A stretch of 64,000 bases of DNA from an uncultured Actinomycetes bacterium (lineage in GTDB: Bacteria > Chloroflexota > Dormibacteria > Aeolococcales > Aeolococcaceae). Made by a program: the position numbers and the translations under genes. This document shows, piece by piece, positions 58,001 through 64,000 of the stretch. The notes below the pieces were generated by a model. That model worked only from the letters and a program-made list of their open reading frames with translations, was not told the DNA's origin and searched no databases. Within the stretch, counting starts at the first letter, position 1. The number at the start of each line of letters is the position of its first letter. The stretch is taken from positions 653 to 64,652 of the forward strand of contig CAZCJX010000004.1 in NCBI GenBank assembly GCA_964499205.1, read 5' to 3'.

Positions 58001-61000
58001 ATGCGCCGAGCTGCGCGTTTGGTCGCCCTGTTCACCGTCGTCGCCGCCTCGGGCGCGGCCGCTTCCGCCGCCGGAGCCGTGCCCGGCGCGACGCCGTCCC
58101 AGCCGACAGCCACGCCTGGCCGCACCGCCGCCCAAGCCGCGGCTGCTGCCCGCCAGGCCCTCGCCACGCCCACCCCCGCGGCGCTGGCCACCGCGCTGCG
58201 CCAGGCGAGCACCGCGTCGCGCCCGCAGTCCTGCCCCCCCGTCCCCGCCGACCAGGGCGGCCCCGACGGCGAGCCGGTCACCGCGCGCGGCGCCTTTCCC
58301 TGGCCCGCACCGCCCGCCGGCGTCGACCCCACCCAGTACCAGCGCTACGACCACACCCCGCGGCAGCAGCCCCCGCTGCGCCCGGCCAACTGGAGCAACG
58401 GCGGCGCCGACTGGAAGCTGACCAGCGCCCGCACCACCGACCCGACCGTCGCCATGAACCCACAGGAGCTCTGCGGCGTCGAGGGCAACAGCGTCGACCA
58501 GGCCTGGCAGGTGGCCACCGGCCGCCCCACCACCGTCATCGCCGTGCTCGACTCCGGCATCGAGTGGTGCAGCAGCGGAGTTGTAGACAAGATCTACATC
58601 AACCGTAACGCCCTGCCGCTGCCCGAGAACGCCGCCGGCCTGACCAAGCCGCAGCTGGCCGCGCAGGGCGCTCACTTCCTCGACAGCGATGCCTACGACC
58701 TCAACGACGACGGCGTCGTCAACGTCGAGGACTACGCCCACGACCCGCGGGTCACCCAGCATCCCTTCTTCTGCGGCGGCTTCGTTTCGCCCAAGGACCT
58801 GATCACCGCCTTCACCCCGCTAGGCCTGGAGTCGCCGGCCGGCTTCACCGAGGCCATCGCGGGCTGGAACTTCCTCGACAACAGCAACGATCCCTACGAC
58901 GACGTCCACTACGACCACGGCACCGGCGAGGCCCACGACTCCGGTGGCGCCGCCAACTCGACAGACGACGTCGGCGCCTGCCCCAACTGCATGATCCTGC
59001 CGGTGCGCGTCGGCGACAGCTTCATCGCCTTCGGCAACGACTTCGCCCAGGGCGTGCTCTTCGCCGTCGACAGCGGCGCCACGGTGATCCAGGAGGCGCT
59101 GGGCACGCTCGACGTCACCACGACGGCGCGCGAGGCCGTGGACTACGCGCAGGCGCACGGCGTGCCCATCGTGGCCAGCGCCGCCGACGAGGAGGCGGCG
59201 CACCACAACCTGCCCTCGGTGCTTCCGCACACCATCGTGGTCAACAGCACCACGCATTACCTCGACCAGGGCGGCCAGGCGCTGCAGTACCCGCAGAGCT
59301 ACCTGTATCTCAACGGCTGCACCAACTTCGGCGCCAACATCGCCGTCACCGTGGAGAGCTCCAGCTGCTCCTCGGAGGCGACGGGGAAGACCGGCGGCAT
59401 CGTCGGCCTGCTCGAGTCGGCGGCGAGCGACGCGGTGTCGCGGGGAATGCTGCAGCCGTATCCCGGGCTGCGCAACGGTGCCGGTGCCGCCGTGCCGCTG
59501 TCGGCCAACGAGGTGCAGCAGCTGGTCACCATGAACGCCGACGACGTCGACTTCGCCACCGCCGCGCCCCCGTACGGTCCGCCGGACAACTACGCGGTCG
59601 TCTCGCCGGTGCCGACGACCCGCTACCCGACCACGCCGGGCTTCGACATCTACACCGGCTACGGCCGCATCAATGCGGCGAGCATCCTGCAGCGCCTGGC
59701 CTCCGGTGACATCCCGCCGGAGGCGAGCATCGACAGCCCCACCTGGTTCGACACCGTGCCGACAACGGGGACGCTGAAGGTCACCGGCATGGTTGCCGCG
59801 GTGCGCGCGTCGTCGTACACGTACGCGGTGCAGGTGGCCAGGGGCGAGGCCGACTCCGGATGGGTGACGGTGGCCAACGGCAGCGGCAGCAGGCCCTTCC
59901 ACGGCACCCTGGCGTCGATCAGCGGCGCGCAGATCGCCGCGCTGTTCCCGCCCACCACCGACTTCAGCAGCGGCCCCGTTTCGGTGGCGGGACGGCCGGA
60001 CTCGGAGAAGTTCGGCTTCACCGTGCGGGTGGTGGTGACCGACAACGCGGGCCGCACCGGCATGGATCGCCGCACCGACTACCTGCACGACGACTCCACG
60101 CTGCTCGCGGGCTTCCCCAAGCACTTCGGCGGCTCGGTCGACGCCGCGCCCGCGCTGGCGCCGATCGGCCCCAACGGCACCAACGCGCTGCTGGTCACCA
60201 CCGCCGACGGCGACATCCATGCCTACATGCCCGACGGCAGCGAGCTGCCCGGCTGGCCGGTGCACACCGCGACGCTCGACTACCACAGCGGTGAGCCGGC
60301 CTTCCGCCACGGCAGCGGCGTGGCGCCGCCGCACGGCACCATCATCGGCGGCATCGCCGCGGGCGACCTGGCCAGCGCGCACGGCAGCGCTCTCGACGTC
60401 GTCGCCGCCGATGTGACCGGGCGCGTCTACACCTGGGACGCGCACGGCCGCATGCTGCCCGGCTTCCCGGTGCGCACGCTGCCGCAGTACTCCGGCCCGG
60501 CGGTGCGCGACCCGCACAACCGCGTGCTGCGCGGCGTCTTCGCCGCACCGGTTCTGGCCGATCTCGACAGCAACGGCAGCCTCGACGTGGTCGCCGCGGC
60601 GATGGATCGCCATCTCTACGCCTGGCACGCGGACGGCACGCCGGTGAGCGGCTACCCGTTGGAGGTGGTCGACCGCCGCATGGTGCAGTCGATCGACCCG
60701 AACACCGGCAAGGTCACCTACCCGCCGGGATCGCCGGTGATGCAGGGCACCAAGATGATCGACAGCCCGGCGGTGGGCTCGCTCGACGGCAACGGCAAGC
60801 TCTCGCTGGTGGTGGGCACCAACGAGGAATATGCCGGCACGCCCAACGTCAGCACGGCGAGCCCGGGCGCGTACGCGGTGGGGCAGATCCCCATCCTCAA
60901 CGGCGCCAACAGCCGTGTCTATGCCTTCAGCAACACGGGGCAGCTGCGCAGCGGCTGGCCGGTGGCCATCGGCGACTACGAGGGCGGCCTGCTGCCCGAC

Positions 61001-61867
61001 GTCGGCGACGGCACCGGCAACAGTCCCGCCCTGGCCTCGGTGAACGGCGACGGCTCGCTGCAGGTCGGCGTCATCACCACCGTCGGTCCCGGCTACGTGC
61101 TCAACGCCGACGGCAGCTCGTTCTTCGGCAACGGTCCCGACGGCAAGCCGCGCGTGCTCGGCATGGAGGCGCCGGGGCCGCTCTCCAACTCGCCCGACCA
61201 TCCCTCCCTGCCGGCGCTCGGCGCGCCGATCTTCGCGCCGCTCGGCCCGGCCGCGCCGGGGGTCAGCTTCGTCAGCCCCGCCGCCAGCGCCGAGAAGGCG
61301 CTCGACGCCGCACTGCCCGCCGACCAGCATCCCCACGACAACCAGCTCGACGCGTGGAACCTCACCACCGGCGAGTACCAGGCCGCCTTCCCCCAGGTGA
61401 TGGGAGAGCTGCAGTTCTTCGTCCAGCCGCTCGTGGCCAATGTCGGCGGAAACAGCGCAGGGCCGTACGTGGTTGAGGGCTCGGCGCTGGCCGACCTGCG
61501 TGCCATCGACGCCACCGGGCAGGAGGCGCCCGGCTTCCCCAAGTTCACCGGTGGCTGGCTGGTCAACAGCCCGACATTCGGCGCCTGGGGATCGCTGGGC
61601 AAACAGGTGCTGGTGAGCGGCACGCGCGAGGGCATGCTCTTCGCCTGGAGCACGGCCACCGACGCCTGCGCATCGAGCGGGCCGTGGGCGCGCAGCCACC
61701 ACGACCTCTGGAACACCAACAACCTGCAGACCGCTGACGCGCCGCAGTTCCACTGCGCCACGCCAGTGGGCGGTCTGCCGGTGCCGGTGCCGCTGCCGTC
61801 GCTGCCCGTGGCGGGGTTGGGGCCGGGCGCCGCGGTGCTGCCGCAGACGCGCGGACTGCTGCGATGA
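58001..61867 (+). CDS. Large secreted subtilase-like (S8-like) protein with C-terminal FG-GAP/VCBS beta-propeller repeats (1288 aa).
   Basis: GGAG Shine-Dalgarno. Signal peptide MRRAARLVALFTVVAASGAAASAAGA. Asp box VIAVLDSGIE and His box DHGTGEAH. FG-GAP-like repeats (DLDSNGSLDVVAA, SLDGNGKLSLVVG, SVNGDGSLQVGV). I could not place a canonical GTSxAxP serine motif. Confidence 0.75.
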   Translation: MRRAARLVALFTVVAASGAAASAAGAVPGATPSQPTATPGRTAAQAAAAARQALATPTPAALATALRQASTASRPQSCPPVPADQGGPDGEPVTARGAFPWPAPPAGVDPTQYQRYDHTPRQQPPLRPANWSNGGADWKLTSARTTDPTVAMNPQELCGVEGNSVDQAWQVATGRPTTVIAVLDSGIEWCSSGVVDKIYINRNALPLPENAAGLTKPQLAAQGAHFLDSDAYDLNDDGVVNVEDYAHDPRVTQHPFFCGGFVSPKDLITAFTPLGLESPAGFTEAIAGWNFLDNSNDPYDDVHYDHGTGEAHDSGGAANSTDDVGACPNCMILPVRVGDSFIAFGNDFAQGVLFAVDSGATVIQEALGTLDVTTTAREAVDYAQAHGVPIVASAADEEAAHHNLPSVLPHTIVVNSTTHYLDQGGQALQYPQSYLYLNGCTNFGANIAVTVESSSCSSEATGKTGGIVGLLESAASDAVSRGMLQPYPGLRNGAGAAVPLSANEVQQLVTMNADDVDFATAAPPYGPPDNYAVVSPVPTTRYPTTPGFDIYTGYGRINAASILQRLASGDIPPEASIDSPTWFDTVPTTGTLKVTGMVAAVRASSYTYAVQVARGEADSGWVTVANGSGSRPFHGTLASISGAQIAALFPPTTDFSSGPVSVAGRPDSEKFGFTVRVVVTDNAGRTGMDRRTDYLHDDSTLLAGFPKHFGGSVDAAPALAPIGPNGTNALLVTTADGDIHAYMPDGSELPGWPVHTATLDYHSGEPAFRHGSGVAPPHGTIIGGIAAGDLASAHGSALDVVAADVTGRVYTWDAHGRMLPGFPVRTLPQYSGPAVRDPHNRVLRGVFAAPVLADLDSNGSLDVVAAAMDRHLYAWHADGTPVSGYPLEVVDRRMVQSIDPNTGKVTYPPGSPVMQGTKMIDSPAVGSLDGNGKLSLVVGTNEEYAGTPNVSTASPGAYAVGQIPILNGANSRVYAFSNTGQLRSGWPVAIGDYEGGLLPDVGDGTGNSPALASVNGDGSLQVGVITTVGPGYVLNADGSSFFGNGPDGKPRVLGMEAPGPLSNSPDHPSLPALGAPIFAPLGPAAPGVSFVSPAASAEKALDAALPADQHPHDNQLDAWNLTTGEYQAAFPQVMGELQFFVQPLVANVGGNSAGPYVVEGSALADLRAIDATGQEAPGFPKFTGGWLVNSPTFGAWGSLGKQVLVSGTREGMLFAWSTATDACASSGPWARSHHDLWNTNNLQTADAPQFHCATPVGGLPVPVPLPSLPVAGLGPGAAVLPQTRGLLR

Positions 61868-64000
61868 GCAGGCCGCGGGTCGCGATCGCTTTGGCCACGC
61901 TGTTCCTCGCTGCGGCAACCACCGTCCCCGCCGGCGCGGCCGTCCTCGGCACAGCGCGCACCGACGGCCACGCGCTCGGCGGCTCGACGGCGGTCTGGAA
62001 CCTCGACACCGATCCCACCGCGTCCGGCCGCGCCGCGACAAGCGCGTCCAGCGGCGCGCGCAGCACCAACGGCAACACCCACACCACCTTCGCCGTCGGC
62101 GCCGCCTCCGTCGACATCACCCCGCCGCCCTACACCGTCGCCTCCGACGCCGCCTTCACCCCGTTCTGCGGCACCACGCCGCAGCAGGTCGCCCAGCTCT
62201 GGCCCGGCAAACGCCTCTTCGCCTTCGAGAAGCCCTACGTCGACCTCCTCGGCAGCGGCCGCTGGGCCCCCGGCGACCCCTTCTGCGACGCCGACCACAC
62301 CGGCCGTTACGAGGCGCCCTACATCGCCGGCGGCAGCGGCGCCAACCGCTGGCCCACCTCCGCCGACGCCGGCGATCCCATCACCGCGCAGGCGGTGGTC
62401 TTCGTCCTCGGCCACCAGCGCGTCGCCCTGGTCAGCGTCGACTCCATCGGGCTGTTCAACGTCACCGCCGACGCCATCCGCGCCCAGGCGCACGCGCTCA
62501 ACCCGCGCATCGGCGACATCCACGTATCGAGCACCCACGACGAATCGGCGCCGGATCCCATCGGCCTGTGGGGCCCGGACACCACGGACACGCTGGGCAG
62601 CAACCCGCTGCCGGTCGGCGTCAGCAGCGGCGTCGACGAGTACTACATGGCCTTCCTCGCCCAGCAGGCCGGCGCCGCAGTAGCGCGTGCCGACGCCGCC
62701 GCGCGTCCCGCCGCACTGCGCCTGGCGGTGGCGCCGCTGCCCTCCAATGTGCAGAGCTGCTGGTCCTCGTACCCGTACATCGACGACCAGCACATCCCCG
62801 TCATGCAGGCCGTCGAGGCCACCACCGGGCGCGTACTCATGACCCTGGTCAACGCCAACACCCACGTCGAGTCGCTGGCCTTCAGCCACTCGCCCGCGTA
62901 CCAGGGCATGCTCAGCGGCGACTGGCCCGGGCACATGCGTACGCACCTCGAGCAGCAGTGGCCGGGCAGCGTCGCGGTCGAGCTCACCGGCCTGGTGGGC
63001 AGCGTCGAGACGCCCACCGTGTACGAGCCCGAGTCGACGCGCGTTGTGGACATTCCCGGCCAATTCCACGGCGTCCGCGGCAACCCCGACGGCTGCTCCA
63101 GCGTCTATCCCGAGCCGCAGGGCGCAACGCCGGTGAGCGACGCGCACCAGTTCCTCGAAGCCTACGGCGCCTCGGTCGCCGACGACGTGATCGCCACCCT
63201 GGCCACCGCGCCGGCGCCGATCGTCCCCAGCTCGCTGCGCTCGCAACAGCAGTCGCTCTGCGTGCAGCTGGAGAACCAGCTGTTCGTCGCCGCCTTCGCC
63301 GCGCGGCTGTTCCCCGACCGTCCCGCCTACGCCGACCCAACCTGCACCGTTGGAGCGTCGTTCTCACCCGCGCCCGCGCCGCCGTACGCGCTGCCGCCGG
63401 GCACCGCGTACATGCCCAATGGGACGTGGCTCAAGACCGACGTCGGCGTGCTCACCGTCGGGCCCGCGCAGCTCGCCTACTCGCCCGGCGAGGTGTTCCC
63501 CTTCACCGAGATCCGCGGCGCCATCGACCCGCGCACCATGCCCTTCCCCACCGACTGCTACAACCCCCAGACCGACGACTACTGGTGCGGCAACCCGCTG
63601 CCGATGACGCCGTTCGTCGCGGCGCAGATGACCACGCCGTACCGCTTCCAGGCCGGACTCGGCGAGGACATGATCGGCTACCTCTTCCCGCCGGGAAACT
63701 ACGTCGGCGCCGACCAGACGCAGACCCAGGAGAACCCCTGGTTCGCGTACCAGGTGGCCAAGGGCGGCACCGACCACGACCGCTTCGGCCACGGCCACGC
63801 CGACGACGCCGAGTCGGCCGGCCCGCACGCCGGGCTGACCATCACCGAGGCGCTCAGCGCCCTGCTGCGCCGCGACGGCGCCGGCGACCGGGTGGTGCCC
63901 GGCATGTTCGTCGACGCGTCGGGCGCCCTGTCCGACTCGCCCTTCGCCGGGCCGGGCTTCGCCGGCGCGGTGGGCGTCGAGGTGGTGGCGCCGGACGGCT
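61864..64000 (+). CDS. Secreted hypothetical protein, 5' part only (more than 712 aa; runs off the window). Possibly a hydrolase.
   Basis: ATGA overlap with the stop of the subtilase-like gene. Signal peptide MSRPRVAIALATLFLAAATTVPAGAAVLG. An uninterrupted high-GC3 frame runs to the window end. It is not in the ORF track because no stop is reached. It contains HGHADD and several Cys pairs. Confidence 0.55.
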   Translation, partial: MSRPRVAIALATLFLAAATTVPAGAAVLGTARTDGHALGGSTAVWNLDTDPTASGRAATSASSGARSTNGNTHTTFAVGAASVDITPPPYTVASDAAFTPFCGTTPQQVAQLWPGKRLFAFEKPYVDLLGSGRWAPGDPFCDADHTGRYEAPYIAGGSGANRWPTSADAGDPITAQAVVFVLGHQRVALVSVDSIGLFNVTADAIRAQAHALNPRIGDIHVSSTHDESAPDPIGLWGPDTTDTLGSNPLPVGVSSGVDEYYMAFLAQQAGAAVARADAAARPAALRLAVAPLPSNVQSCWSSYPYIDDQHIPVMQAVEATTGRVLMTLVNANTHVESLAFSHSPAYQGMLSGDWPGHMRTHLEQQWPGSVAVELTGLVGSVETPTVYEPESTRVVDIPGQFHGVRGNPDGCSSVYPEPQGATPVSDAHQFLEAYGASVADDVIATLATAPAPIVPSSLRSQQQSLCVQLENQLFVAAFAARLFPDRPAYADPTCTVGASFSPAPAPPYALPPGTAYMPNGTWLKTDVGVLTVGPAQLAYSPGEVFPFTEIRGAIDPRTMPFPTDCYNPQTDDYWCGNPLPMTPFVAAQMTTPYRFQAGLGEDMIGYLFPPGNYVGADQTQTQENPWFAYQVAKGGTDHDRFGHGHADDAESAGPHAGLTITEALSALLRRDGAGDRVVPGMFVDASGALSDSPFAGPGFAGAVGVEVVAPDG

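Noticed and set aside
58820-62041. 1073-aa minus-strand ORF (and 61093-63246, 717 aa).
   Set aside because: It is antisense to the subtilase-like/FG-GAP gene and to the downstream secreted gene. The composition is Arg/Gly-rich.

Overview
This is a high-GC (~72%) actinobacterial-type chromosomal window. I found no rRNA, tRNA, CRISPR array, transposase or integrase in it. Most long ORFs in the six-frame track are antisense or out-of-frame artefacts of the GC content. I resolved about 60 genes from recognisable motifs, translational coupling (ATGA/GTGA overlaps) and signal peptides.

The first ~50 kb is mostly housekeeping:
- a MarR + MFS efflux pair
- a PAS-LuxR regulator divergent from a GGDEF-EAL membrane protein
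- an AMP-forming CoA ligase and an S53 sedolisin peptidase
- a malic enzyme and proC
- a fully overlapping hutH-hutU-hutG-hutI histidine-utilisation operon
- msrA, YyaL, a type-I-like citrate synthase, purA, an EF-G paralogue, moeA, panE-like, gcvPA-gcvPB-pyrE
- a RES-Xre toxin-antitoxin pair and a Fic-domain protein

The last ~14 kb (50.5-64 kb) is a secreted/cell-surface island.
- On the minus strand, a four-gene operon encodes three paralogous small proteins with TasA/camelysin-like (SipW-cognate type) N-terminal signal peptides and a shared C-terminal two-Cys domain.
- These are translationally coupled to a 1005-aa surface protein made of six near-identical ~97-aa Ig-like tandem repeats.
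- Beside this operon sit a polysaccharide deacetylase, a 1288-aa subtilase-like/FG-GAP secreted protein and a further secreted protein that runs off the window end.

The most unusual single-gene observation is a Bcp/PrxQ peroxiredoxin, co-operonic with the EF-G paralogue. Its peroxidatic-cysteine codon is an in-frame TGA followed by a small SECIS-like hairpin. It is either a candidate selenoprotein or a pseudogene.
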